NCBI GenBank assembly: GCA_016193315.1
Contig: JACPSJ010000001.1
Span: 663,478-727,477 of the forward strand
Length of the DNA stretch: 64,000 nt
Reading direction: 5' to 3'
From: Candidatus Kerfeldbacteria bacterium
GTDB lineage: Bacteria; Patescibacteriota; Patescibacteriia; SBBC01; CAIJZX01
The stretch's first letter is position 1; each line of letters opens with the position of its first letter. The notes under the pieces were generated by a model that worked only from the letters and a program-made list of their open reading frames with translations, did not search any database and was not told the origin of the DNA. The position numbers were made by a program, and so were the translations under genes. Positions 34,538-43,934 of the stretch are shown piece by piece.

Positions 34538-36469
34538 ATGGGTTTCCCCGGTTTATCCCGGCGCGATATCTGGATCGGCGCCACGCTGATTGTCATCCCG
34601 GTGCTGTTCGCGTTGCCAACGATCACGAAAAACCTCCCGCTTTCGCCAGGAGATTATATCAACCAGTATTATATCTGGCAATCCTATTTCGTCAAGTCGA
34701 TCCAGAGTTTCAACATTCCGTTTTGGAACCCATGGGTCTTTGGCGGGGCTCCGTTTTTTGCCAACCCGCAAACCGCCGCGCTGTCTCCCTTTTCGTGGAT
34801 GCTACTCCCCTTTCATCCAAATCCTGTCCTGCCGGGGTTCATCCTCGACCTGCAGTTTTGTTTTATCGTCGGAGTCGGGACGCTCGGCGTCTACCTCTGG
34901 TTACGCCGATGGTTTTCCGAATTGCCTTCAACCCTCGGCGCGGGCCTATGGTTCTTCAGCCCGGTTGGACTCTGGTTACTTCGTGACTCGACGACCGCCA
35001 TGGCAACTATCGCCTGGTGGCCGTTTCTCCTGTACTTTACCGACCGACTAATCGATCGCCGGTCTCGGCGCGGGGTCGCCGCTCTGGCCGGGACGATTGC
35101 GCTCAGCTGGTTCGCCGGTCATCCGCCGACGTTTGTCGCCAGTTTGCTCGGTCTGGGCCTGTACGGCATTGCTCGGATCGGCAAGTCGTGGCGAACATGG
35201 AGGGCTATGGTGGTGGCCACGTGTTCCGGTCTCGGGCTGGCGGCCGTGCAACTCTTCCCAGCGTTGGACTTCGTCGCGCAAACCACGCAGGTCGCGGTGA
35301 CAGCTGGCAATGCCCTGCCAACCATAACGCCGTTCGGCCTGTCGGCGTCCGTTGTGACGGCCGATGCATATCGATTCGTGCCGGTGACGATCGGAGTAGT
35401 CCCACTCCTATTTGTCATCATCGCCTGGCGACACCGCGTCCACTCCGTCCTGGGCGCGTGGATGAAATTTTGTGTCCTCGGGACGATCGCATTGGCCGCG
35501 ATCATCGCCGCTCGCGAGTGGCTGGCAACGGTGCCATTCATCCATAACCTCGTGCGTTATCCGTGGCGGTACGTCTTCCTCCCATTAACCGCCGTCCTGC
35601 CGATGGCGGTGGCCGGTTTCGCCGGATGGAACAACACTGTCCGTTCACGCCGGCGTACAACCCAGAAGCTGATCGTCACTCTGGGGCTATTCGGCCTGGC
35701 AGTTTCCGTCACCAACACGAATTGGATTTCGACGGCCTCAATTGCTGGCAGTACCATCATCCTTCTCTTGACCACGTTCCGATTTGATATGGAACGCTCT
35801 TCTTCGCGCTTGCTCATCGCCGTGGTGGCGCTCGCGTCCGTCGCCCTGACCTGGAGCCGGGCGTTACCGGATAGTTCAGGACGGACGTGGACGGAGATTT
35901 CCCGACAATTCGCTGTCCTGCGCCAAGCTCCTGACACCGGCGACCGAATCGTGACCGGCGGAGACAAACTCCGAGGGAACGGTTCGATGCTCTATTCCCG
36001 CCCGAACGTCGGCGGCTACGATTCTCTCCTCCTCCGGTCCTACCGCCGGCTGGAAAGGAATGGCGGGTCGGCCGGCCTAAACGGTCGATGGCGGTTGAAC
36101 GGAGTCCGTTGGGAGGAACAGCTAGCCCGGAGGCGAGCATGGGTTGAAGGTCAACGGTCAGACGTCCAGGTTTACCGAGCATCCACTGGTCGGTTGACAG
36201 TACGAGTCGAAACCACCTGGCCCGGTCGATTGGTACTCAACCAACCGTATGAAAAGAACTGGTCAGCTTCAGCTGGTAGCGATCTGGATCTTCCGACCGA
36301 ACCAAACCGTCAAGGATACCTGACCGTGCAAGTGCCGGCGGGAAGAACTCAAATCAACCTCCGATATCTCCCGGGAGGACTATTTACCGGCTTCCTGGTT
36401 ACGACCCTGACAGTAGCCTGGCTTCTCTGGTGGAACCGGCCAACGGTGGTAAAACGGCCGGACAGTTAA
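34538..36469 (+). CDS. Large polytopic membrane protein, YfhO/DUF2142-like putative glycosyltransferase
   Basis: 643 aa with ~12 or more TM helices in the N-terminal two-thirds and a C-terminal soluble domain. Family call is tentative. Confidence 0.45.
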   Translation: MGFPGLSRRDIWIGATLIVIPVLFALPTITKNLPLSPGDYINQYYIWQSYFVKSIQSFNIPFWNPWVFGGAPFFANPQTAALSPFSWMLLPFHPNPVLPGFILDLQFCFIVGVGTLGVYLWLRRWFSELPSTLGAGLWFFSPVGLWLLRDSTTAMATIAWWPFLLYFTDRLIDRRSRRGVAALAGTIALSWFAGHPPTFVASLLGLGLYGIARIGKSWRTWRAMVVATCSGLGLAAVQLFPALDFVAQTTQVAVTAGNALPTITPFGLSASVVTADAYRFVPVTIGVVPLLFVIIAWRHRVHSVLGAWMKFCVLGTIALAAIIAAREWLATVPFIHNLVRYPWRYVFLPLTAVLPMAVAGFAGWNNTVRSRRRTTQKLIVTLGLFGLAVSVTNTNWISTASIAGSTIILLLTTFRFDMERSSSRLLIAVVALASVALTWSRALPDSSGRTWTEISRQFAVLRQAPDTGDRIVTGGDKLRGNGSMLYSRPNVGGYDSLLLRSYRRLERNGGSAGLNGRWRLNGVRWEEQLARRRAWVEGQRSDVQVYRASTGRLTVRVETTWPGRLVLNQPYEKNWSASAGSDLDLPTEPNRQGYLTVQVPAGRTQINLRYLPGGLFTGFLVTTLTVAWLLWWNRPTVVKRPDS

Positions 36470-36479
36470 CTCTCCTCTC

Positions 36480-36620
36480 GCCACCATGCCTGGAGCCGAT
36501 GTCGCCGCCATTCGACGGGGTGACCCAGCCCTTACCATGGCGTTGCCCTGCCTGCCCGAACCTGAGCCCATGCGCGGAATTGAACCGCGAACCTACTCCT
36601 TACCCCGCCTGCCACGCGCC
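36480..36620 (-). other. Degenerate 3'-half copies of a tRNA-Thr(GGU)-like gene (tRNA debris)
   Basis: TGAGCCCATGCGCGGAATTGAACCGCGAACCTACTCCTTACC and TGGAGCCGATGTCGCCGCC...CTTACCATGG resemble the 3' half of the intact tRNA at 36621-36696. Confidence 0.55.
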
Positions 36621-36696
36621 TGGAGCCGATGCGCGGATTTGAACCGCGGACCTACTCCTTACCATGGAGTTGCTCTACCAACTGAGCTACATCGGC
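36621..36696 (-). tRNA. tRNA-Thr (anticodon GGU), CCA encoded
   Basis: RC = GCCGATG TA GCTC AGTTGGTA GAGC A ACTCC ATGGTAA GGAGT AGGTC CGCGG TTCAAAT CCGCG CATCGGC T CCA. Confidence 0.85.
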
Positions 36697-36720
36697 GCGA
36701 GGCGACTGGCGGGCAGGCGT

Positions 36721-36760
36721 GGAGTTGCTCTACCAGCTGAGCTACATGGGCCCGGGTTCA
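36721..36760 (-). other. Orphan tRNA 5'-half (acceptor + D-arm + 5' anticodon stem) of a tRNA-Thr-like gene
   Basis: RC = GCCCATG TA GCTC AGCTGGTA GAGC A ACTCC ACGC. Its acceptor GCCCATG matches the CATGGGC of the 3' fragment at ~36560-36610. Confidence 0.55.
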
Positions 36761-36836
36761 GGCCGGTGGGTCTGCCAGCTGCTGACGCTAGTATCCGGCT
36801 TTGCCGGGCGTGTCCGGGAATTACGCGGGCACGAAA

Positions 36837-37727
36837 CTACAATTCGGACAGCCGCTGTTCCCACTCAACGATCTTCGAGTTGTCAGGGTTCTTGGCCTTG
36901 ACTTTGGCAACGGCATCTTCGGCAAACTGCTTCTTTCCATAGCCTAAGGAGACTTCGATCAATTCGTCAAGAACCTTGGGGTTGTTCGGTTCGAGCCGGA
37001 CGGCCTCTTGCACGCTCTGAAACGCGTCGGCCCAATGACCAAGACCTCGTTCAACCTGCGCCAGCTCGAGATAGTAGGTCATGACTGCTCCGTTGAGGGC
37101 AATGGCCTGACGGATTTCCTGTCCGGCCTCTTGGAGGTGGCCGGCGGCGATGTCGGCTTCGGCCAGATGTTCGTAGGTGGCGTCGGAGTCGCCGACCAGT
37201 TTGAGTAGGTACTTATAGACTTCTTTGGCATGACCATATTCTTTCATCCCCAGGTAGAGCTGGCCGAGGAGCTGGAAGGCTGGCACGGACCGGGGATCAA
37301 GTCTGATCGCCTGGAGGACTTTTCCTTCGGCCGCCCGGTACTCTTCGTCTCGGCGGAAGAGTTGGGCTTGGTCGAGCAGCTGAGCGATGTGACGATCCAC
37401 TTTCTGACGCTGGCGTCGATTGAGAAAGATCGGCAGTGACCGGACCTGGTATTCATGCTCCAGGTCGAGTAACTTTCGCTGCGACCGTTTCAGGATAGTG
37501 GTGGCCTGGCGAATGAGCGGCTGGCCGGTGGTGGCCGCCTTGGACCACCAGCTTTGAAACTTCCGCTTCAGACGCTCCTCCAGTAATGAACTCTTCCGGG
37601 CCGCCAATGGGTGGGGGGCGGACTCTCCCCGCAAGGCGGCCAGCAGCGGGAATTTTCGCAGGATGAGCGTCGCCACCCCGGCCAGGCTGAGGAACAGAAC
37701 TAGCAGGGCGATGAAGTCAAGAGACAT
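36837..37727 (-). CDS. TPR-repeat protein with N-terminal TM anchor
   Basis: N-terminal hydrophobic helix, then multiple 34-residue TPR-like repeats (AFQLLGQLYLGMKEYGHAKEVYKYLL, etc.). Confidence 0.65.
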   Translation of the reverse strand: MSLDFIALLVLFLSLAGVATLILRKFPLLAALRGESAPHPLAARKSSLLEERLKRKFQSWWSKAATTGQPLIRQATTILKRSQRKLLDLEHEYQVRSLPIFLNRRQRQKVDRHIAQLLDQAQLFRRDEEYRAAEGKVLQAIRLDPRSVPAFQLLGQLYLGMKEYGHAKEVYKYLLKLVGDSDATYEHLAEADIAAGHLQEAGQEIRQAIALNGAVMTYYLELAQVERGLGHWADAFQSVQEAVRLEPNNPKVLDELIEVSLGYGKKQFAEDAVAKVKAKNPDNSKIVEWEQRLSEL

Positions 37728-37738
37728 CCGGTGTCGTC

Positions 37739-38326
37739 CTAAAGGCTGAGTCGGCTGAAACGCCGAACCTGAATGTTCTCGCCGAGTTTGGCCGTGGCGG
37801 CGTTCAGGAGATCGGCAATCGACTGGGTGTCATCACGGATATATGGTTGTTCAAGGAGACAGACTTCGGCATAAAATTTCTCGAGTTTCCCGGGGACGAT
37901 CCGCGACCACATGGTGGCCGGCTTACCAGCCTGGCGCAGCTGTTGATGGATGATTTCTTCCTCGTGGGCGACCACGGCCGAGGGGATATCGGCTGGTTTC
38001 AAGTACTGAGGGTCAGTCGCCGCGACCTGCATCGCTAGCTCGTGCGCGAGCTGGCGGAAATCGTCGGTCCGGGCGACAAAATCGGTTTCGCAGGCCAGGA
38101 CCACCATCGCCGCGACCCGGCCATTATTGTGCACGTACACCCCGATCGTACCCTCGGTCGTAGTCCGCTCAGACTTTTGCCGCGCGATCTTCTTCCCGGC
38201 CTTCCGTAATTCGGTCGCGGCCCGAGTCAGATTCCCACCCGTTGCTTCAAGCGCCCGCTTCGCTTCCAGGACACCGACGCCGGTTTGCTGACGGAGTTTC
38301 TGAATGTCGGCTGGAGCGATGGTCAT
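37739..38326 (-). CDS. tsf: Elongation factor Ts (short form, 195 aa)
   Basis: N-terminal UBA-like LRQQTGVGVLEAKRALEATGGNL and the EF-Ts core. 4-nt overlap with rpsB. Confidence 0.85.
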   Translation of the reverse strand: MTIAPADIQKLRQQTGVGVLEAKRALEATGGNLTRAATELRKAGKKIARQKSERTTTEGTIGVYVHNNGRVAAMVVLACETDFVARTDDFRQLAHELAMQVAATDPQYLKPADIPSAVVAHEEEIIHQQLRQAGKPATMWSRIVPGKLEKFYAEVCLLEQPYIRDDTQSIADLLNAATAKLGENIQVRRFSRLSL

Positions 38327-39087
38327 GGGTTTGATACGGTCCGTGCCGTGGCAGCCTCATCGGCCGTGGCCGTGGTCGCCGTGACGGCCGCCTGGGACTG
38401 CTGGAGCTGTTGCTGGCCCGCCATCACGGATTCGACGATGGCATCGGTCAGGAGTTTGATCGATTTCGTGGCATCGTCATTCGCCGGGATCGGGTAGGCA
38501 ATGGCCGCCGGGTTGACGTTCGTATCGCACAGCGCCACGACGGGAATCCCGACCTTTTTGGCTTCGGCCACCGCCGTTTTCTCAGTTTTTATATCGACGA
38601 TGAAAACTGCGGCCGGCAGTGCCTCCATCGACCCCAGGCCGCCAACCAATCGATCGAGACGCTCCAGCTCCCCTTGCAGTCCGAGTTGCTCCTTCTTGGT
38701 GTACTTGGCCCAGCCACCAGCGGCGCGTTCCTCTTTCAAGCGCTGAAGCGTCGCGATCAGCTGACGGACGGTGGCAAAGTTAGTAAATAAGCCCCCAATC
38801 CACCGTTCCACGACGTACGGCATCGACACCCGCTGGGCGGCCTCCTGGATACTGCTTTGCGCCTGGCGTTTGGTACCGACAAACAGGACGGTCTTGCCGT
38901 TGGCTACCAGGTCGCGGAGGAAAGCCGCGGCTCGACCAAGGGCGGCCTGGGTTTGTTCGAGGTTGATAATCGAAATGCCATGGCGCGTGTCGAAGATGGC
39001 TTCAGCCATCTTCGGATGACGGCGACTCTGCTGGTGGCCAAAGTGGACACCATGCTGGAGCATTTCCAAAAGCGTCAATCCTGACAT
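38323..39087 (-). CDS. rpsB: 30S ribosomal protein S2
   Basis: LLEMLQHGVHFGHQQSRRHPKM N-terminus and S2 core. Confidence 0.9.
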   Translation of the reverse strand: MSGLTLLEMLQHGVHFGHQQSRRHPKMAEAIFDTRHGISIINLEQTQAALGRAAAFLRDLVANGKTVLFVGTKRQAQSSIQEAAQRVSMPYVVERWIGGLFTNFATVRQLIATLQRLKEERAAGGWAKYTKKEQLGLQGELERLDRLVGGLGSMEALPAAVFIVDIKTEKTAVAEAKKVGIPVVALCDTNVNPAAIAYPIPANDDATKSIKLLTDAIVESVMAGQQQLQQSQAAVTATTATADEAATARTVSNP

Positions 39088-39323
39088 GACATTCCTTTCT
39101 TCCGCCTGGGGGACGGACCGCTACCCGACATTTTTCCGGTGGCCCCTCAGATTTTTAACCTCGGGGAGGAAGCGGAGTGACCAACTCATAGTGAGTCGGC
39201 CCATCGGGTATGTGAGATGAATAAGATAGACGATGAAGAATAGCTGCCCATTCAGCCGCGACGAGTATACCACGGGCTGCCCGGCTTGACAAGGGACGGC
39301 CGCCAGCCTATACTCGGCTGGCT

Positions 39324-39620
39324 ATGAAAACTGGCCTCCATCCCGAGTACACCCACCAGGCCAAGATCGAGTGCACCACCTGTGGTCACCGTTGGCAGAC
39401 TGGTTCGACCGTCAAAGAGATGAGGGTTGAGGTCTGTTCGAATTGCCATCCGTTCTTTACCGGCCAGCAACAGATGATCGATACGGCCGGTCGGGTTGAT
39501 CGATTCAAACGGATGACCGCCAAGCACCAGTCCGTCCGTCGGCCGGTTCGGAGCAAGCGCACCAAACTCCAGGCGAAGAAAACTCGCAAGGTGGCCAAGG
39601 CCACGGCGCCCGAAGCTTAA
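39324..39620 (+). CDS. rpmE: 50S ribosomal protein L31 with Lys/Arg-rich C-terminal extension
   Basis: [18 protein letters not shown]...[10 protein letters not shown] zinc-ribbon motifs, plus a ~25-aa basic tail. Confidence 0.85.
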   Translation: MKTGLHPEYTHQAKIECTTCGHRWQTGSTVKEMRVEVCSNCHPFFTGQQQMIDTAGRVDRFKRMTAKHQSVRRPVRSKRTKLQAKKTRKVAKATAPEA

Positions 39621-39668
39621 CAGCCCACCCCTTCCGTCCGCCAGCCGGACGCGGTCTTAGGTTCGCCG

Positions 39669-40736
39669 ATGTCTATCCCCCGTCAACAAGTCGACCAACT
39701 TCGACGTCAGTACCAGCAGCTGGCGGATGAAGTTAATGATCTGAGCCACGGTAGTGACCCAGCCCGACGGCGATCGGTCGCGAAACGCTATGCCCAAGTG
39801 GCCGAGTTAGTGACGAAAGTCGAGCAGCTGGATGAACTCGAGCGTCAGGTGAGTGAGCTACGAAAAACCGCGGCCGCCGGTGACCCGGAATTGGCCGCGC
39901 TGGTGGCTGAAGAATTGCCCGGAATCCAGGACCAACTAGCCCATCTCGAACGCCACCTCCGGGCCGCCCTCCAGCCGGCCGACCCGTTTGATGGGCGCGA
40001 CATCATTGTCGAGATTCGGGCCGGCGCCGGCGGTCACGAAGCGGCCCTCTTCGCGGCCGAGCTGTTCCGGATGTACTCCCGTTTCGCCGAACGACAGGGG
40101 TGGACCACCAGCCTCTTATCATCTCACCAAACCACACTCGGTGGGTTCAAGGAGGTCATTTTTGAAGTCACCGGCGACGGCGTGTACCGATGGATGAAGT
40201 ATGAGAGTGGCGTTCATCGGGTCCAGCGCGTGCCGGCCACGGAGAAAAGCGGTCGTGTTCATACCTCCACCGTCACCACGGCGGTCATTCCCGAAGCCGA
40301 GGAGGAAGAATTATCCATTGCGCCCCAGGATCTGAAGATTGAAACGTCCACCGCCCGCGGCCACGGCGGCCAATCAGTCAACACCACCTACTCGGCCATT
40401 CGCCTGACGCATGTGCCGACTGGCATCGTCGTCTCGATGCAAGACGAACGCTCGCAGACGCAAAACCGTCTCAAGGCCATGCGGGTACTCCGAGCCAGGT
40501 TGCTGGCCCGCCAAGAGGCAGAACGGCTGGCCCAAGCGTCAGCGCTTCGGAAGCAACAAATTGGCACTGGCCAGCGGGCGGAAAAAATTAGGACGTACAA
40601 CTTCCCCCAAAACCGGGTGACTGACCACCGTCTCAAGGTGACCGTCCACCACCTCGATCGATTCCTCGACGGCGACCTGCGACCGCTCCTTGACCAGCTG
40701 CGACAGGTCGAACAGGCGACTGCGCCCCGCCGATGA
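39669..40736 (+). CDS. prfA: Peptide chain release factor 1
   Basis: GGQ motif (RGHGGQSVNTT) and RF1-type PAT tripeptide (RVPATEKSGR). Confidence 0.9.
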   Translation: MSIPRQQVDQLRRQYQQLADEVNDLSHGSDPARRRSVAKRYAQVAELVTKVEQLDELERQVSELRKTAAAGDPELAALVAEELPGIQDQLAHLERHLRAALQPADPFDGRDIIVEIRAGAGGHEAALFAAELFRMYSRFAERQGWTTSLLSSHQTTLGGFKEVIFEVTGDGVYRWMKYESGVHRVQRVPATEKSGRVHTSTVTTAVIPEAEEEELSIAPQDLKIETSTARGHGGQSVNTTYSAIRLTHVPTGIVVSMQDERSQTQNRLKAMRVLRARLLARQEAERLAQASALRKQQIGTGQRAEKIRTYNFPQNRVTDHRLKVTVHHLDRFLDGDLRPLLDQLRQVEQATAPRR

Positions 40737-41566
40737 GACAGACCGTCAGTCAGCTCCTGACCCGGGCGGCCGCCCGGGTCACCACCGTGTCTGACAGTCC
40801 GCGCTTGGACGCCGAGGTCTTGCTGGCTTTCGTCTTGGGGTGGGAACGAACCCGGCTCCTGGCCGCTGGGTCAACCAGGATCAGCCGTCGGGCCGAGGCT
40901 AAATTTGGCCAGCTCATCCAGCGACGAGCCGCCGGCACCCCCGTAGCCTACCTCACGGGGAACAAAGAATTCTTCGGTCTGTCGCTCACGGTTAACCCGA
41001 CGGTCCTGATCCCCCGACCAGCGACCGAACTCTTGGTTGAGGCGGTCTTAACGGCCGTACCAAACGACCAGCCCCTCGTGGTAGCCGACATCGGCACTGG
41101 TTCCGGGGCCATCGCGCTAGCCCTGGCCAAGCAACGACCGCAGTATCGCATGATTGCCACTGACCGGTCGCTGCTAGCACTCCGGACAGCGGCCAGTAAC
41201 GCTGAGCGTCTCGGTTTGTCCGCTCAGGTAGACTTTCGCTTCGGGTCGCTCCTCCAGCCCGTCGGTGGCGAGACCATCGACGTCATCATCGCCAACCTCC
41301 CCTACTTACAACCAAACCAGCTGGATGATCAGACCATCCGGGCCGAACCCGCCATCGCTTTGGACGGCGGTCGGGACGGATTGGCTTGGATCCGGAGCTT
41401 GTGGTCACAAGTCGCTGACCGCCGGGATTGGCGTTGGCTAGCGATTGAATGTGATCCTGGCCAACGATCCACTAGTACCGTCGCGGCCCGGCGCCTTTGG
41501 CCCAAGGCGAAACTTCAAGCCATCTCCGACGGCCGCTGGTGGCACGGGTTCGTCGTCGAGCGCTAA
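40733..41566 (+). CDS. prmC: Release factor glutamine N5-methyltransferase PrmC/HemK
   Basis: SAM motif DIGTGSGAIALALA and catalytic NLPY. ATGA overlap with the prfA stop. Confidence 0.85.
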   Translation: MRQTVSQLLTRAAARVTTVSDSPRLDAEVLLAFVLGWERTRLLAAGSTRISRRAEAKFGQLIQRRAAGTPVAYLTGNKEFFGLSLTVNPTVLIPRPATELLVEAVLTAVPNDQPLVVADIGTGSGAIALALAKQRPQYRMIATDRSLLALRTAASNAERLGLSAQVDFRFGSLLQPVGGETIDVIIANLPYLQPNQLDDQTIRAEPAIALDGGRDGLAWIRSLWSQVADRRDWRWLAIECDPGQRSTSTVAARRLWPKAKLQAISDGRWWHGFVVER

Positions 41567-42777
41567 TACGTAACTTGCCGATCGGTCGGGACAACTGAGA
41601 TCCAGATCGGGCCGCGATTGAAGGTAATTGGCCGACCCTGTTGATCCAAGAATGTCGTTCGCTCTTTGGCGGTTGGCTTTTTCCAGGTGCCCTCGACCAC
41701 CTGTCCATCACGGAAGACGAGGGCCCGACCTTCACCTTCAGTCTCCATCTGCAAGCGCTGGCGGTCGCCCGACAAGAGGCCGGTCTTGACAAACATCACC
41801 ACCACCGTCTTGGCCCAAATCTTATCACCGCTGCGGGTGAGGTGATCGCTGTCGCCGAGAAAACGGAAGTACCGATTGAGTTGGGGGTGGTATTTGTAAG
41901 TCACGCGGTAACTGAAGGACGAATACTCGATCACGATGGTCGGGTGGCCAACCGACCGCGCCGACTCGGCCGCGTCATCCTTGAATGGCCACGGTGCATA
42001 CTCAGGCACGAGATCCGGCGCCACCCGTCGGAGGCCGAGGAACAGCATGTCGCTTGACGAATAGAGATTGTGTGGCGCGCGGCGACTTCGTTCGCGCCAA
42101 AAATTGCCGGCGTTATAGAATTGGTTAAAGTTCACTACGCTGGCCTGGCCGGAGCGGAGGTATGCCAAGGCATCCGGACTCCCACCGACGTGTACGTACA
42201 GCGGGCGGTTGTACTCTTCGGCCCAGGCTAGGTAGTACCGCCGGGCCGAGCGGATCGGCCCGAGCTCAGGAATGTTCTGCCCGACTGGGATGAGCGCCAT
42301 GAAGCGCGTGATGCCGCCTTCGGCTAATGCTTCATACACCACGCTGGCCCGGTCCAAGCCCGAAGGCGGCCGCGAGTCAGTCAAGTTTTCAATCATCACC
42401 GCGTAGATATTCGGATTGTCCTTGTTGGTCTCAACCATCACCCCGTCAAGACGCCGCGGGACCAACTGCGCGGTCGGCGCCGGGCGGTTGGTATTAATCA
42501 CTGGCGGGGCCGGGGGTTTAGCGCTCAGCGCAAAGCCAATGATCATGGCTGTAGTCACCACCACCACGCCACCAATCGTGTACCAAGCCCAGGCTGGAAG
42601 CCAAACCCGGCGGCTGGCTGGCTTTTTGAATACCGTCGGCTTCGGTTCCGAGACCCGACCCGTCGTCCCCGCCTCTTGTTCGGCCGCGGCCTGACGTCGG
42701 GCTGGCGTTGTTGGGCTGGACCGACTCGAGGGTTCGTCGTCAGTCGGGACGACCTTGACCGATGTTTTCTTTGGCAT
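41563..42777 (-). CDS. DUF3048 (YerB-like) extracytoplasmic protein with N-terminal TM anchor
   Basis: Pro/Ala-rich N-terminus, TM helix, and a ~300-aa domain with the DUF3048-like pattern (IENLTDSRPPSGL...YVHVGGS). Tentative. Confidence 0.45.
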   Translation of the reverse strand: MPKKTSVKVVPTDDEPSSRSSPTTPARRQAAAEQEAGTTGRVSEPKPTVFKKPASRRVWLPAWAWYTIGGVVVVTTAMIIGFALSAKPPAPPVINTNRPAPTAQLVPRRLDGVMVETNKDNPNIYAVMIENLTDSRPPSGLDRASVVYEALAEGGITRFMALIPVGQNIPELGPIRSARRYYLAWAEEYNRPLYVHVGGSPDALAYLRSGQASVVNFNQFYNAGNFWRERSRRAPHNLYSSSDMLFLGLRRVAPDLVPEYAPWPFKDDAAESARSVGHPTIVIEYSSFSYRVTYKYHPQLNRYFRFLGDSDHLTRSGDKIWAKTVVVMFVKTGLLSGDRQRLQMETEGEGRALVFRDGQVVEGTWKKPTAKERTTFLDQQGRPITFNRGPIWISVVPTDRQVTY

Positions 42778-42783
42778 CTGGCT

Positions 42784-43524
42784 CTATGTTTTACTCTCGG
42801 CCGGGGCGGCGGCACCCGAGGCCGGAGTTTCTTCTTCTCCCTCCGCCTTCTCCTTTGATACTTGCTCGACGGCGGTCACATCTTCTGAGACCGTCGTCTC
42901 CAAAGCCTCAATTTCGGCTTCGCTTCGGGGCGGGCTGACACTAGCGATAATAGTGCTGGGGTCTTCCAAGAAGGTCATTCCTGTCGGCAGGCGGAGGTCG
43001 CGGATACGGAGATGGTCGTCAAACGTCTTGAGCTGGCTAATGTCAACGTCAATCGATGGGACCAAATCGCCTGGCAAGCATGAGACCTTGATCTTGTCGC
43101 CCGCTCGGACGAGGATGCCGCCCAACTCTTTGACGGCCGGTGACTCCCCGGAAAACTGGAGGGCAATGTCCGTTTCCAGCTTTTCGGACATCTTGACCTG
43201 GTAGAAGTCGACGTGCATAACATGCGACGCCAACGGATGGCGTTGGATGGCGTGAATCAGTACCTTGATAGGCTGCTCCTGATCGATAATCAACTCGACC
43301 AGGCTCGAGGTACCGGCCTGCTGGAGAACCCGCTGGAAAGCCTGGCGGTCGATCTCGAGGTTACGGTTGGCGACGCCATGACCATACAGAACCGCCGGGA
43401 CACGGTGGTGCCGGTGCAGTGTTTTGACAACTTTACCGACGGCCGTTCGCTGTCGGGCCTGGAGAACGAGAGCAGTCATGTGGGTTCCTTGGTCGTTCGC
43501 GGTCAGAGTCGACCAGTTTGCCAA
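42784..43524 (-). CDS. rplY: 50S ribosomal protein L25 / general stress protein Ctc, with acidic C-terminal tail
   Basis: L25 N-domain (RVPAVLYGHG) plus the Ctc-type C-terminal beta domain and an Ala/Glu-rich tail. The true start may be the Met at ~43479. Confidence 0.8.
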   Translation of the reverse strand: MANWSTLTANDQGTHMTALVLQARQRTAVGKVVKTLHRHHRVPAVLYGHGVANRNLEIDRQAFQRVLQQAGTSSLVELIIDQEQPIKVLIHAIQRHPLASHVMHVDFYQVKMSEKLETDIALQFSGESPAVKELGGILVRAGDKIKVSCLPGDLVPSIDVDISQLKTFDDHLRIRDLRLPTGMTFLEDPSTIIASVSPPRSEAEIEALETTVSEDVTAVEQVSKEKAEGEEETPASGAAAPAESKT

Positions 43525-43844
43525 TCAAGCCAGGAGTGGTCGCCCTGCTTCATCCAGGCGTAGAGGTCAACCACGTCATCGGCGGTCACGTCAGCCTGGA
43601 AAGCGGCGACTTCTTGGCTGGTCAGATCGGTGACGGTACCAATCGACGACAGGCCGCTGGAGCCGGTGGTCACCACCGCCACCACCGAGCTGCCGCATTG
43701 CCGACACTCCAGGTACAGCAAATGCGCATCATCCCGCTCGGCCATGATCTGTGTCTTGAGCGGGTTGTAATTCGCCTGGCAGAGTGGGCAAGCGGTCAGA
43801 ATCTGCATACTGCCAGGACCAGTTTGTGGTGCCTCAGCGTACAT
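43503..43844 (-). CDS. Hypothetical zinc-ribbon protein (CPLC...CRQC)
   Basis: Two CxxC pairs (ACPLCQ, ECRQCG). The likely start is the internal Met MQILTA. Confidence 0.4.
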   Translation of the reverse strand: MYAEAPQTGPGSMQILTACPLCQANYNPLKTQIMAERDDAHLLYLECRQCGSSVVAVVTTGSSGLSSIGTVTDLTSQEVAAFQADVTADDVVDLYAWMKQGDHSWLDWQTGRL

Positions 43845-43934
43845 AAAGGTGACGCGGTGTTTCTATTATACCCCAAGAATCGCTCTCCCGTCAAGGCGAT
43901 AGTGTGATTGCCACCAGTCGCGGACTGGCCATAC

